Shown: positions 13,911 to 26,937 of the stretch, one piece after another | How the letters are laid out: each line of letters opens with the position of its first letter | How positions within the stretch are numbered: position 1 is the first letter of the stretch | NCBI GenBank assembly: GCA_964016885.1 | Contig: OZ024740.1 | Coordinates: forward strand, 320,106,001 to 320,170,000 | DNA from: Eledone cirrhosa | Lineage: Eukaryota | Length of the DNA stretch: 64,000 nucleotides | Reading direction: 5' to 3' | The notes under the pieces: model-generated | What the model saw: the letters and a program-made list of their open reading frames with translations, nothing else | The model's database searches: none | Told to the model about the DNA's origin: nothing | Made by a program: the position numbers and the translations under genes

Positions 13911-15164
13911 AATATCTGTAGAACATGACTGACAGAATAGATATGATATTATACTACAAGCCCATGGGTAATACGTCCAAATGGACTGCAAGGCTATTCG
14001 TTATATATCTCCATGTAGGTCATTGTTTTGTGTGTCACTGACCTGACCCTGGACATTTGCGTTAGACGTGTGTCTTATGAAAGGAGAAATTTATTCATTA
14101 TGAAGTTTGTCCATTAGTCGCTTAATGTTACAGAAACTAAAATAAAGTTTGTGAAAAGATGGACATGAAAACTTTACTCTTTTCTCAGAAGAACGTCTAC
14201 AATCTTCTAATATCACATGAAACCACAAGGAAGTTATATGTGTATCAGAAAACCTAATCAATAATGGATACGCTAACAAATTAGAAGCCGCAACTATCTA
14301 TGAATTCAACAAAAAGCCGATAAAAGAATAAATAGCACTTTTGACTTGTATGCAAGCAAAGCAGACAGCCATATAGTCTACTACGAAAAAAAAAAATATA
14401 TATATATATATACATATATATAAAAAATAATAAAATCAAATGATAGCCATTATAAAACTGATGAAAGAATTTTAAGGGAATAATTAATCAAAACACTAAG
14501 GACAACATAAATTTACTATAAAATCTGAAACTACCTTCCAAGAAATTGTAAACAATAATTACTAAATTAATACCTACATAATCATCACATCAGACAGCAC
14601 TGTAGCTAACAGTGGACTAGAAGTAGGGAGAAAAATATACGATTACATCTAATATGAGTCGAAATAAATTGCGTAACACATAAAAAAGAAATCAGTAATT
14701 TGATTGTCTATAAAAGAGTCGTTTTAAATTAGTACTAGAATTTAACTATTTTCATATCACACCACACGAAACTGCCTCTGATTCTACGATAGAAACTTGT
14801 TTATTTTAAAGTGTCTATATTCCATCATAATTTTATGTAATAATCTTTGATAAGTACATTCCAAACATCAGCCGAAATATTGAGAATATTAGCTATATTA
14901 CTAAATCTCTCCAAATTTCTTATTATTTTCGAGATGCTTTGGATATATGTATGTGTATGTATGTGCGTGTGTGTGTGTGGCAATATCTGCAGGTGTGAAA
15001 AGGGAAAAAGGAAAACTGCTCAATCGGGAAAGATATATTATTCATTTATGTTCATACACGGACCAAAAGCGCTACCTAAGGTTTCAAGGCCCAATATTGA
15101 CCATATCTCCAGAAAGTAAGAGGGATCAAAATTGTGACCTAATCTTCAGGAGCTTATACGAGTT

Positions 15165-15247
<83 letters not shown>

Positions 15248-15652
15248 ACCTGTCAACTTTTCCCGTCCAACGGGGAGATCTCCCACCCACTTTGGGGTGG
15301 GTGAGAGATGTCTACCCTTGTGAAAATGGGTATAGCTTTCATTATGTAAAATCTCCCCAGTTTGCCCCATTTCTCTCCGTTTTGGGGCATTTTTTTTCAT
15401 GGTACTCTCCGCTTGGGATTTTAGAAGTTAGCAAGTCTGGTGTGTATGTGTATGGGGTAGGGTGGGTGTGGGTGTATGTGTGTGTGTGTATAGGTGCGGG
15501 TAAAAACGAATAAAAAGAACAAAGCAATCAACAGAATGTGGAAATTGAATGATAATACTGCGTCTTTAAAGTGAAGAACCATATCAGTAAAGAAAAAAAC
15601 GTGGTAAGGAAAATAACTAAAAAATGTGTAACGTTTATGTTAGAGTGTCTCG

Positions 15653-16315
15653 GGGAAGATATACCACAGCAGTGACTAGAGCACGTTTTAGTCTCTGTTA
15701 TTATATATCAGGGAAGATATACCACAGCAGTGACTAGAGCACGTTTTAGTCTCTGTTATTATATATCAGAGAAGATATACCACAGCAGTGACTAGATGAC
15801 GTTTTAGTCTCTGTTATTATATATCAGAGAAGATATACCACAGCAGTGACTAGAGCACGTTTTAGTCTCTGTTATTATATATCAGGGAAGATATACCACA
15901 GCAGTGACTAGATGACGTTTTAGTCTCTGTTATTATATATCAGAGAAGATATACCACAGCAGTGACTAGAGCACGTTTTAGTCTCTGTTATTATATATCA
16001 GAGAAGATATACCACAGCAGTGACTAGAGCACGTTTTAGTCTCTGTTATTATATATCAGGGAAGATATACCACAGCAGTGACTAGAGTACGTTTTAGTCT
16101 CTGTTATTATATATCAGGGAAGATATACCACAGCAGTGACTAGAGCACGTTTTAGTCTCTGTTATTATATATCAGAGAAGATATACCACAGCAGTGACTA
16201 GAGCACGTTTTAGTCTCTGTTATTATATATCAGGGAAGATATACCACAGCAGTGACTAGAGCACGTTTATGTCTGTTACGTGTTCTGGGGAAGATATACC
16301 ACAAGAGTGACTAGA
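15653..16315. repeat. 58-bp minisatellite, ~11 copies
   Basis: Unit GGGAAGATATACCACAGCAGTGACTAGAGCACGTTTTAGTCTCTGTTATTATATATCA starts at 15653, 15711, 15769, and so on. Confidence 0.95.
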
Positions 16316-16399
16316 TAAAATGGAGTTAAATTGCTTGGGTTTATTTTTACTTTATATAATTAGCACTTTGACCCTTACATCCTACCAGTTGTGTTATAA

Positions 16400-16720
16400 C
16401 AGGGGCGTACAACAGGCGGTCTGCGGGCCACAATCCGGCCCGCCAGACCAATCAGAGTGACCTGCGATTTTAATTTTTAATTTTTACTTCGTAGGGTTAT
16501 TTAGAAGTTTTTTCGTAACGGTAATACAATTTTCTGTTAGTTGACCTATACTAAAGGGCTTCGCTGATAGGGTAATGTCTGTTATAATTCCCCAGTTCCA
16601 TGTTACGTAAAGAAGTTGTGGTTTTCATGGGATTACATATTTTTTACAGTGACTAGCCCTCATAGTTGTTCCAATGTTCAAAAGTGGCCCGCCAACGGAA
16701 TATATTGCACACACACCCCA
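16400..16720. mobile_element. Degenerate hAT-type non-autonomous element
   Basis: Starts CAGGGG...CTGCGGGCCACAATCCGGCCCGCC and has GTGGCCCGCC near the right end; GGCCCG subterminal motifs are typical of hAT MITEs. Right TIR eroded. Confidence 0.5.
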
Positions 16721-16779
16721 CACCCCACACACCCCATCCGTGTTATATGGTCTTGATTGTGTTAACTGGACGACAAGGT

Positions 16780-17160
16780 TACTTCAGAAGTTCTCTACAT
16801 TCCAGAATCACATCATGAGACTTATGACTAACAAATGACTCGGGGACCATATCTTTAGCAATGATCTACTAAATATTACCAAATTTAAACCAATCACATC
16901 AGTTATCAAGTCAAGAGTACTTAAACTGTATCGTCATACCAAAAGATCAACTCTTAGTGTGAGTAAGTTATGCCTAGAAGGAAAGTTAGCCGGTAAGAGA
17001 AGTAAAGGTCGACAGCTAAAACGCTGGCTTGATAATGTCAACTTATGGACTGGACTTGACTTTTGTTCTTTAAACTCTGCTATTGGTGAACGAACTTTGT
17101 GGATAAGAATCTCATGTTGATGCGCCGTCTGCAACAGGTGGAGTGAGCGTCTATGAGGAT
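16780..17160 (+). pseudogene. RTE-clade LINE 3' fragment
   Basis: Translates as CLEGKLAGKRSKGRQLKRWLDNVNLWTGLD, the typical RTE ORF C-terminal GkR.rGR...W.d...WTg motif. Confidence 0.7.
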
Positions 17161-19085
17161 AATTAGCACTAATAAACAAGTGAATTATTCGGTTTATGTT
17201 CTGTATATTGTTGGGGGTGTTAACCAGCTTTACATTGTCTTCCTGAAGTCGGTAATCTACCAGAATTTGCAGGGTCATTCCATCTTCATGAAAAAAAATG
17301 TTTATATATCGAGTAAATAACATTCCACTGCAACATCTTCGACGAAAATAATTTAAAGTAAATAGGAAGTGACACCAGAACAAGTTCTGTTGCTACATCA
17401 TATTACTCATCATGTTTTGTTGTTTTATTTTGTTAAATAGTCTGAGAAAGAAATGCAATAACTATATCCATTTAGACTTGCCATGTCAAAGTCTCAACTA
17501 ATTTACAATAATCCATTAGAAACATTATCTATCCTCTAGCAAATAACTGCGCACGTCGGTCCAAATTTGTGCTACCTATTACTAACAAAAGTTTAGTACA
17601 GTTTCCATAGCGCCAGATCCCTGGTTTTCGCGAACTTCGTCGAAAACAATATCGTTGCCTTTTAAATCATCGCAGTTTTTAAACTAAGGTTTATTCATGG
17701 ACTACATCTATTTTTTGAATCAACAGTTTCTTGTCAGACCCACTGACAATGTTAGGAAACTGGAAACTTGTTGGATGGCGTCGTTGAGGTAAAAAGTTAA
17801 TGGTATCTGTAGTAGATTCCCAACCCCTGAAGACGCAAAGGAGACAGAATTTAGACTCCAATATCCTGCACATAACAAATATCCTGCACATAACAAACAA
17901 ACAAAAAAAAAAGAACAAGTCTCAGAAATGTGATCAGGAACCAATACCTAAAATATTTTGGTCATGTTTGTTGTTGTCCAAACACTATGAGGACAAAGAA
18001 GATGCTATTTGCGAAGTTGAAGCGGCTATGCCAACCTCTGGATTAATATCTTAAAGTTATTGAACGTCCCTATTGAACAAGCGAAGAAGAACACGCAAAT
18101 GAAAGCTGGCTTCGCTGCAACCTCGTGGTAACAGGATTTTTGAACTGGAGGAATATACAGGCATATGTACTATTCCAATGCAACGACCTACATATTCTCT
18201 AAAGCTTGATGTAGCTAAAAGTTGAGTTATATCTGCCACACTCTTCTATCTGTACACTAATTAGTGTCTGAATATGATTCATATGGGAGTAATGCTCACA
18301 TACCTAGGACAGTGTTACTGCTATACACACAAACATCTTTGACTACATCCAATAGAAGACCGCCGTTCAGCAGATTGTTAAATATTCATTTACCAACACA
18401 CCACAATCACTGCCTCGCAGACGCGACTTGTCTCTTATCTCGGTATCTTTTACCGATAATACGAGTGAAGTAACAATCTGGGTACCGCCTTCTTCGAAAC
18501 CTACCTAATGCACACACCTATCCTCTTCTTGCCATTCTTACCTACCCGTAACTCACCCACAAAAACACAGTTATTTAATCTAATTCTACAAAAATATACG
18601 AATGCTCAATATATGCGTGGGGAGGAGGTCAGTAATTTAGCAGAATATATTTATATCTGTTGACTAGAAATATCAGACTAACCTCGTGTTTTCACACCAT
18701 TAGCCTCATACTTTGTTCATCGTTAGAATAAGTTAAAGGCATTTTGTGTGATGTGAAACTCGAGTTTGAACTAAGATCTCCAGTTACCCCTATACACACA
18801 CACACTCGCACACTCACACACACATACACACACACACACTCACACATATATATATACATACATACATACTTATATATATACTAAATTTAGGTATAGTCGA
18901 TATATATATAAAATATACACCGATTGTGTTTCTCAGTAAATGCCATGAACATTAGTTCACAATATCAATTATACAAGTTTAAAGAGTATATATGTACGCC
19001 TATATATCATTCAAAATTTTTGTGTGCATATATATATAACTGATGTTGTGAACTAATGTTCATGGAGCTTTTATATATATTTTTA

Positions 19086-19132
19086 TGCTTACAACTGTTT
19101 CCTCCAAACCGAGGTTTGGATTCTTCGGAGCA
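19086..19132 (-). ncRNA. Minimal type I hammerhead-like motif (U4C variant)
   Basis: Minus strand: UGCU-CCGAAGA-aUCCAAACC uc GGUUUGGAg-GAAAC-AGUU-GUA-AGCA. Confidence 0.6.
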
Positions 19133-19185
19133 ATTTATTATTGAATGAACACTTATATGACCTCCTTTTCACTAATACTAATTAA

Positions 19186-19227
<42 letters not shown>

Positions 19228-19234
19228 CTCCATC

Positions 19235-20071
19235 TCTATTAATAATAATATTCCTAAATTATTCTTTAGTGCCTTAAATAAATGCTTCCCTCCCTCACAT
19301 ATCTATAGTAAAATATTTAACAAACACACTATAAAATTTTCCTATTCAACATCCTCCAACATTTCCAACATTATCTCTAAACACAACAATAAAATACTAA
19401 ATACTAAATCTCTTCCTTCCAACACTGAATATCATAATAATAGTAATAGTACTCCCGACGTCATTGTAAACTCTAGGCTAATTTCTGCAAACCCAAATAC
19501 AACGTCAAACACAACTTCGCTAAATGTTCTTAATCCCATTCTAAATCAAGAAACTATTATTCCTATCGCCAATAACTTCTCCAATCCAATTCCTTCTATA
19601 GATAACACTAGGTCACTCGTTAATAATCTCTCTAATCGCAATTGCAATTGCCCTGCTAAAAATAAATGTCCTCTCAACAACCATTGTCTTGATAAAAACT
19701 TAATTTACGAATGTAAAGTTATAACTGACACCAATTCCTTCACCTATTTTGGCTCCACTTCCACCTCCTTTAAAGCTCGTCTTTATAATCATCATTCGTC
19801 TTTTAAATATAAACTTAAAAGAACCAACACGGCTCTCTCAGAACTCATATGGTCCTTCAAAGACAAAAATATTAAATATAACATCTCTTGGAAAAAGGTT
19901 TCCTCTGCTTCTTTATACTTGAACAGTTCTCTATCTAAGACTTGCAATCTCTGTCTAAATGAAAAATTTACCATTATTTCTAATTTAGACTCTATAATAA
20001 ATAGACGCACTGACTTGTTTTCTATCTGCTTGCATAAATTCCACAGAACTTTCCATAAACTATACAGCTAA
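19235..20071 (+). pseudogene. 5'-truncated PLE: RT C-terminus, Cys linker and GIY-YIG endonuclease
   Basis: KIFNKHTIKFSYS, CNCPAKNKCPLNNHC, LIYECKV...YFGST, RLYNH, CNLCLNEK and terminal CLH; begins at an (AT)n tract. Confidence 0.85.
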
Positions 20072-20111
20072 TATGATAAACTTTATCAATTCAGAATCCT
20101 TTTCTCAAAGG

Positions 20112-20158
<47 letters not shown>

Positions 20159-20236
20159 TTCTTTAAAAATATACCCATCTTTCTACCTTATTTCAAAGTT
20201 ATTTATTATATTTATTATATTCTACATCACTCCTAA

Positions 20237-20514
20237 TTTGTAAACAAACAAACACCCCGAATTACGCCGTACAGTGTCCAGGCAACCACGTCACCTTTTT
20301 GTTCAACACTGACACAGGAACGATGTACCAGCCTCAAGCCTATCAGCTATCGTCAGCATCGTATACCTTCCTGCCTGATGGTTGAACGTCTGGTAGGCTT
20401 CAGGCTGATAGGCTTGAGGCTGGTACATCGTTCCTGTGTCAGTGTTGAACAAAAAGGTGACGTGGTTGCCTGGACACTGTACGGCGTAATTCGGGCTGTT
20501 TGTTTGTTTACAAA
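20237..20514. repeat. Fold-back inverted repeat (~110-bp arms, ~55-bp spacer)
   Basis: 20237-20347 is the near-perfect reverse complement of 20404-20514; the same family recurs at ~34990-35500. Confidence 0.9.
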
Positions 20515-20923
20515 CAAACAAACCGAGCATTATAATAAATGTTCGGTAAACCGATGCGTGCATATATATATATATATGTGCATGTATGTATATATATACA
20601 TACTACTGTACGTCTGTATACACATATGTATGTATGTATACATACATACATACTTACATTTAAGTAAGTGCCGTAATAAGAGTGAGAAATGAAATTTCGT
20701 TTCATTCTATTCCATTTATTCTATTTATATATATATATATATATAGATATAGATATAGATAGGTAAATATACACGGGTGTGTATGATTGTGTATAGAAGA
20801 TTATATTAATAAGAGGAATTCCAACTTTGTCTGATTTACTCGTTTTATTTACAATCCTTTAAAATATATATAATGGTATTATAATGAAATAGTATGATAG
20901 AATATTAAATTCTAAGTGTTAAT

Positions 20924-20962
20924 TGAACAAGTACTTTCATGCTTTCGCAATCTTCAGGTTCA
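20924..20962 (-). ncRNA. Minimal type I hammerhead ribozyme in 3' pLTR
   Basis: UGAAC-CUGAAGA-uUGCgaaaGCAu-GAAA-GUAC-UU-GUUCA. Confidence 0.85.
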
Positions 20963-21339
20963 TGATATGTGGTGACAGTCGAGTTTGCAATTTTCAACTG
21001 TAATGAGATGGGTAAATTTCCTACCTTTTATACATTTTATACAGAGAAAAGTGGCTCCAGAATGCAAAGCCCTGTAAACTGTATTTCGACCAATCAGTGT
21101 GTAGTTTCACTGAATTACTACAGCTGATTGGTTTGAGCGTCACGGCTGGTTGAGCATGCTAACGACCAATAGTCATATCCAACGTATCAATTGTTTTGCT
21201 TTTTGAAATGATGAAAATAGCATTTTCTATTAATCATCACCATCAACATCACTTTTATTATTATTATTATTGTTGTTGTTGTTGTTGTTATTAGTGGTCG
21301 TGGTCATAGTGGTAGTAGAAGTAATACCCCTAGGCGTTA

Positions 21340-23638
21340 TTATTGTTCATTTAGCTTGGGTTTGAATTTATCAATAACATTCTTTTCTTTGATTTTTCTC
21401 TTGATTTCACGTGGGCTGTGTAATTTGTAGAATGGGAATATTATAAATATTCCCTGACCACATGTTGCCAGGTGGCCGCTTAGGGGTATCTGACGGACAT
21501 TTGGGTCTCTGATTTGTTGACGGTGTACCCGTGCGTTCCGATAGTGCATTTCCAGTTTGACCGACATATAGTTCTTCACAATTCGGGCATTTAATGCAGT
21601 AAATTAGATTTCTGCTTTTGCAGTTCATATTTGCATTTGGGAATATTTTTCCAGTTTTTGTTTTCATATATTGACCGGCGTGTATGGATTGACATGTGCC
21701 GCATCGATTATCATTGCATTTAGATACAGTGAATGATTGGTCTTTGTTGTTAAGGTCAAACTTTGCTTTTGTTAGCAATTGCTTCAAATTTTTTGGCTGT
21801 CTTTTACTAAGAGTCAAAGATCGATCTGTGATTAAGCCTTTTAATTCATTACTTTGAGCAATGATCGGTAGGTTTTTATTTGGCAGTGTTGAAGATATTC
21901 TGGTGACATGGGTTGTGTGTCATTATAAATGGTATGACCAGTTCTTGGTTTCTTCTTCCTTGGGTTGTTCTAAGTTGTTGTATAGGTATTTTTATAGCCC
22001 GCTGTATGCCATTTTCTATAAGTAGAGATGGGTATTTTTGTTTGAGCAAAAATTCTCTTAGTTCTGTTAGGCGTTTGTACCTGGTATTCGTATCTTCTAC
22101 AATGGTACAAATTCTTCTGGCTAGGCAGTATGGGATGTTGCGTTTTGTATGAGGTGGATGGCACGACTTAAAATTCAGATATTGATGGGTGTCTGTGTGT
22201 TTATAATATATATCCGTGGTAATGGTGGTGTCGTTTTTGATTATCATTATATCTAGGAATGGTAATTTGGTCCTACTCATCTCTTTTGTGAATTGGAGAG
22301 ATGGGTGTAGGTTATTCAGGAGGATATTGAACTCATCCAGAGTATCTAGAGATTCTGTCCAGATGATGAAACAGTCGTCAAGGTATCTCTTCCAAGATTT
22401 TTCAATGTACTTTCTAAAGTCAGTACTATTTCTTGGTAGAGTTGTTGTTCTAAGTATCCCATTACAGAGTTCGCGTAAACGGGAGCAAACTTCGTTCCCA
22501 TCGCTGTGCCTCTAATTTGGATGTAATTCTTTCCATTGAAGAAGAAAGTGTTGTTTTCCAGAATAAGTTTAACTGCGTCTAATATAAATGGCGCTGTGAA
22601 TCTAATGGGAATCACTTCTCTATGTTTTTCCACCCAGTATTTAACTGCCTTTATTCCTAAATCATGTGTAATGTTGGTGTAAAGGCTTACCACATCAAAA
22701 CTGACTAGAAGTGAATTCGTTTCCGTGGTTTTGGGAAGATGGGACAGGAAGTCGATATCATCCCGGATGAAACTGGGTATGTGAATACATAGTGGTTTCA
22801 AAATAATGTCAACAAAATTGCTTAGACGGTGAGTGGGGCATGTTGGACCAGCTATAATAGGTCTAAGTTTTAAGTCTTTTGGGTGTAATAATTTAATGTA
22901 CTCACTGTTTTGTTCTCTTACTGCCAGTTGTATTTCTTTTGACTTGTGAACTTTCGGTAGGCCATACAGGTTGCTGGGTTTAGGCTCAAAATTGGTGATG
23001 TAGTCTCTTTCCTTATCAGTAAATGAGTTGTGGTATTTTGAAGCCAGGTTGTTGATCTTCTTCATGATGTTGTGGTCTATATTTGACGGTATTTCATGAT
23101 AGAATGTTGTGTCTTTCAGTTGTTCCTCAACCAAATCCTTGTAGTATTCAGTATCCACTATAATAACTGCACCCCCTTTATCTGCTTGTTTAATTATTAT
23201 TGTTTTATCATTTTGTATACGTTTAAGTGCAGACATTTCTGATTTGTTAATGTTTGGCCTAACATTAGTATTATGTCTAAGAGGAAATTTAGACAGGATG
23301 TCAATGTATTGGTCGAGATAGATATTTCTTCCTTTTGGCGGAGTGAAATTTGATTTATGCTTTACTAGTGATTCATCACTCTCATTATTTTTATCAGCGA
23401 AGAATTCTACAAGACGTACTTTTCGACAGAATTCTTGGGTATCCTCCTTCAGTTCTTGGTGGTTGACTGTTGGAGTCGGTGTGAATTTCAGTCTTTTTGA
23501 CAGAATTTGCATTTCATCATTGTCAAGATCTCTTTTAGATAAATTAATTATTTTAGGATCTACGTGTACAGCTGTTTTGGGTATGTTTCCTCCTGGAGTT
23601 TTTCTTTTTCCGGTTTTTGTTGTCCTGACGTTAAAAAA
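21340..23638 (-). pseudogene. PLE RT + GIY-YIG ORF with about three frameshifts
   Basis: IKQADKGGAV, LYGLPKVHK, LRPII, SFDVVSLYTNI, GTAMGT, WKRYLDD, LPFLDI, CNDNRCGTC and LIYCIKC..LYVGQT, spread across ORF-track fragments. Confidence 0.92.
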
Positions 23639-24909
23639 TGAATTTTTCTCTGTTCATGATTTATATTCCTGTTGGTGTTCGCTTGATGAACTTTTGGTCG
23701 TGATATTATATTTGGTTTCGTTATGTATTTTGTCCTATTTTTGGTATTCTGTATATTATTTTTCTTCCTGTTAGCATTATTTTTAACAATCTGGGAAAAT
23801 GACCTAGGTTTGCTTTCAGGTTTAGATCGCTTTTTCGTCCAGTTTCTTGTGGGCAATCTCTGTTGAGATCTTGAGAGTGATCTGGTTATTCTACGTTTTG
23901 TTTCCACATTCCTTGTTGGTAGTCTCTGTTGAGATCTTGAGAATGATCTCCTGGTTTTACTACTTCTCATGGTCTGGTCAAAGGAATACCTATCGTGTTT
24001 GTGCTTTTTGTTCATGTTGTGTGCGATAGGGTGTTTTTGTAGAAAAAGCGAAGAGTTATTACCGTAGTTCTTCTTTGATTCAAGGTAAGGTGAGTGTTTG
24101 TGTTGGTACGTGTTCTGGCGTATGTTGTGTTGATGAGATTGTCCACTTTTAATGCTTTTTCTCAGGGTTCCAGAGTCTTTACCGTAATTTGCAGCATATT
24201 CATCGAGAAATAATTGTTTCTGCTGCCATACCTTTCTTGATTTGTTTTCTTCTTTTGAGATATCTCCGATCCATAGTTCTCGTAGTTTTTCAGCTATAAT
24301 ACCAGTCGTTAGCTTTGAAATTTCAACTTCAATTTGGTCATCAATAGCTTCATATTTGGCTTTGTAGCGGGATTGTTTACATTCAGAAATGGAGATGTCG
24401 GTCCTGAATTTTGTCAATGTAAGTTCCCATCGGAGTTTTGTTTCTTCTTCTGGTTCTCCTGCAATTTCTGTAATTAGGTATTTACGAGGGAGTATGGGTG
24501 CCGTTAGAGAGAGCCATTTCGAATGTGTTTCGACATATTTTTCGCATCTGTATGCTTTCCAGAAATTTTGTTTTCTTATGTTAAGGAATTTTTTCCATGT
24601 CTTCCACATTTCTTTTCTTATTCGATGTGTTTTGTTTTCCAAATTTCTTTCGTTTATTTCTGACATCCAAGGGGGTTGTGGTAGGCTTTCTCTTGTATCT
24701 TTGATAACTGTTGGTATAATTTCAGCTAAATTCTTAATTTCAGAGTTTATATGTTCAGTTATAAGTTTTCCGTCTGTAGATTGTTTTTCTATTTCCTTTA
24801 AAATAGAGGATTGTGTGTCCATCATCGTGATAAGTGTTGATAATTTCGATGATATCTCCTTTAGAATTCTTTCTGATTCTGTTGGTTTCATTTGTTGCTT
24901 TCCAGACAT
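23560..24909 (-). CDS. PLE upstream ORF1 (449 aa; helical/coiled-coil-like N-half, basic C-half), intact in this copy
   Basis: ATG-initiated, stop-free 449 aa; K/E-rich heptad-like N-terminus; R/K/S-rich tail with duplicated RS.SRSQQRLPTRN; overlaps the RT frame. Confidence 0.75.
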   Translation of the reverse strand: MSGKQQMKPTESERILKEISSKLSTLITMMDTQSSILKEIEKQSTDGKLITEHINSEIKNLAEIIPTVIKDTRESLPQPPWMSEINERNLENKTHRIRKEMWKTWKKFLNIRKQNFWKAYRCEKYVETHSKWLSLTAPILPRKYLITEIAGEPEEETKLRWELTLTKFRTDISISECKQSRYKAKYEAIDDQIEVEISKLTTGIIAEKLRELWIGDISKEENKSRKVWQQKQLFLDEYAANYGKDSGTLRKSIKSGQSHQHNIRQNTYQHKHSPYLESKKNYGNNSSLFLQKHPIAHNMNKKHKHDRYSFDQTMRSSKTRRSFSRSQQRLPTRNVETKRRITRSLSRSQQRLPTRNWTKKRSKPESKPRSFSQIVKNNANRKKNNIQNTKNRTKYITKPNIISRPKVHQANTNRNINHEQRKIHFLTSGQQKPEKEKLQEETYPKQLYT

Positions 24910-25343
24910 GTTGGCATATACACAATGGGAATATATATATAGATATAGATAGGTAAATATACACGGGTGTGTATGATTGTGTATAGAAGATTATATTAAT
25001 AAGAGGAATTCCAACTTTGTCTGATTTACTCGTTTTATTTACAATCCTTTAAAATATATATAATGGTGATGATTAATAGAAAATGCTATTTTCATCATTT
25101 CAAAAAGCAAAACAATTGATACGTTGGATATGACTATTGGTCGTTAGCATGCTCAACCAGCCGTGACGCTCAAACCAATCAGCTGTAGTAATTCAGTGAA
25201 ACTACACACTGATTGGTCGAAATACAGTTTACAGGGCTTTGCATTCTGGAGCCACTTTTCTCTGTATAAAATGTATAAAAGGTAGGAAATTTACCCATCT
25301 CATTACAGTTGAAAATTGCAAACTCGACTGTCACCACATATCA

Positions 25344-25382
25344 TGAACCTGAAGATTGCGAAAGCATGAAAGTACTTGTTCA
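25344..25382 (+). ncRNA. Minimal type I hammerhead ribozyme in 5' pLTR (predicted cleavage after CUU, 25377)
   Basis: Stem I UGAAC/GUUCA, CUGAAGA, stem II UGC-GAAA-GCA, GAAA, palindromic GUAC stem III. Confidence 0.87.
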
Positions 25383-25586
25383 ATTAACACTTAGAATTTA
25401 ATATTCTATCATACTATTTCATTATAATACCATTATATATATTTTAAAGGATTGTAAATAAAACGAGTAAATCAGACAAAGTTGGAATTCCTCTTATTAA
25501 TATAATCTTCTATACACAATCATACACACCCGTGTATATTTACCTATCTATATCTATATATATATTCCTATTGTGTATATGCCAAC

Positions 25587-26937
25587 ATGTCTGGAAAGCA
25601 ACAAATGAAACCAACAGAATCAGAAAGAATTCTAAAGGAGATATCATCGAAATTATCAACACTTATCACGATGATGGACACACAATCCTCTATTTTAAAG
25701 GAAATAGAAAAACAATCTACAGACAGAAAACTTATAACTGAACATATAAACTCTGAAATTAAGAATTTAGCTGAAATTATACCAACAGTTATCAAAGATA
25801 CAAGAGAAAGCCTACCACAACCCCCTTGGATGTCAGAAATAAACGAAAGAAATTTGGAAAACAAAACACATCGAATAAGAAAAGAAATGTGGAAGACATG
25901 GAAAAAATTCCTTAACATAAGAAAACAAAATTTCTGGAAAGCATACAGATGCGAAAAATATGTCGAAACACATTCGAAATGGCTCTCTCTAACGGCACCC
26001 ATACTCCCTCGTAAATACCTAATTACAGAAATTGCAGGAGAACCAGAAGAAGAAACAAAACTCCGATGGGAACTTACATTGACAAAATTCAGGACCGACA
26101 TCTCCATTTCTGAATGTAAACAATCCCGCTACAAAGCCAAATATGAAGCTATTGATGACCAAATTGAAGTTGAAATTTCAAAGCTAACGACTGGTATTAT
26201 AGCTGAAAAACTACGAGAACTATGGATCGGAGATATCTCAAAAGAAGAAAACAAATCAAGAAAGGTATGGCAGCAGAAACAATTATTTCTTGATGAATAT
26301 GCTGCAAATTACGGTAAAGACGGAACCCTGAGAAAAAGCATTAAAAGTGGACAATCTCATCAACACAACATACGCCAGAACACGTACCAACACAAACACT
26401 CACCTTACCTTGAATCAAAGAAGAACTACGGTAATAACTCTTCGCTTTTTCTAGAAAAACACCCTATAGCACACAACATGAACAAAAAGCACAAACACGA
26501 TAGGTATTCCTTTGACCAGACCATGAGAAGTAAGTAGTAAAACCAGGAGATCATTCTCAAGATCTCAACAGAGACTACCAACAAGGAATGTGGAAACAAA
26601 ACGTAGAATAACCAGATCACTCTCAAGATCTCAACAGAGATTGCCCACAAGAAACTGGACGAAAAAGCGATCTAAACCTGAAAGCAAACCTAGGTCATTT
26701 TCCCAGATTGTTAAAAATAATGCTAACAGGAAGAAAAATAATATACAGAATACCAAAAATAGGACAAAATACATAACGAAACCAAATATAATATCACGAC
26801 CAAAAGTTCATCAAGCGAACACCAACAGGAATATAAATCCTGAACAGAGAAAAATTCATTTTTTAACGTCAGGACAACAAAAACCGGAAAAAGAAAAACT
26901 CCAGGAGGAAACATACCCAAAACAGCTGTACACGTAG
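25587..26937 (+). pseudogene. PLE ORF1, broken by a 4-nt insertion at ~26530
   Basis: Matches the 449-aa ORF of the left arm; split into 316-aa and 115-aa pieces. Confidence 0.8.

Larger units (their letters stand above)
20745..25067 (-). mobile_element. Penelope-like element, left arm of inverted pair (3' pLTR ~20745-21243; 5' pLTR truncated)
   Basis: Near-identical reverse complement of 25063-29692; encodes ORF1, RT and GIY-YIG; ends in (AT)n. Confidence 0.93.

Noticed and set aside
15653-16315. CRISPR-like appearance of the 58-bp and 30-bp arrays
   Set aside because: No unique spacers, no cas genes, eukaryotic context.
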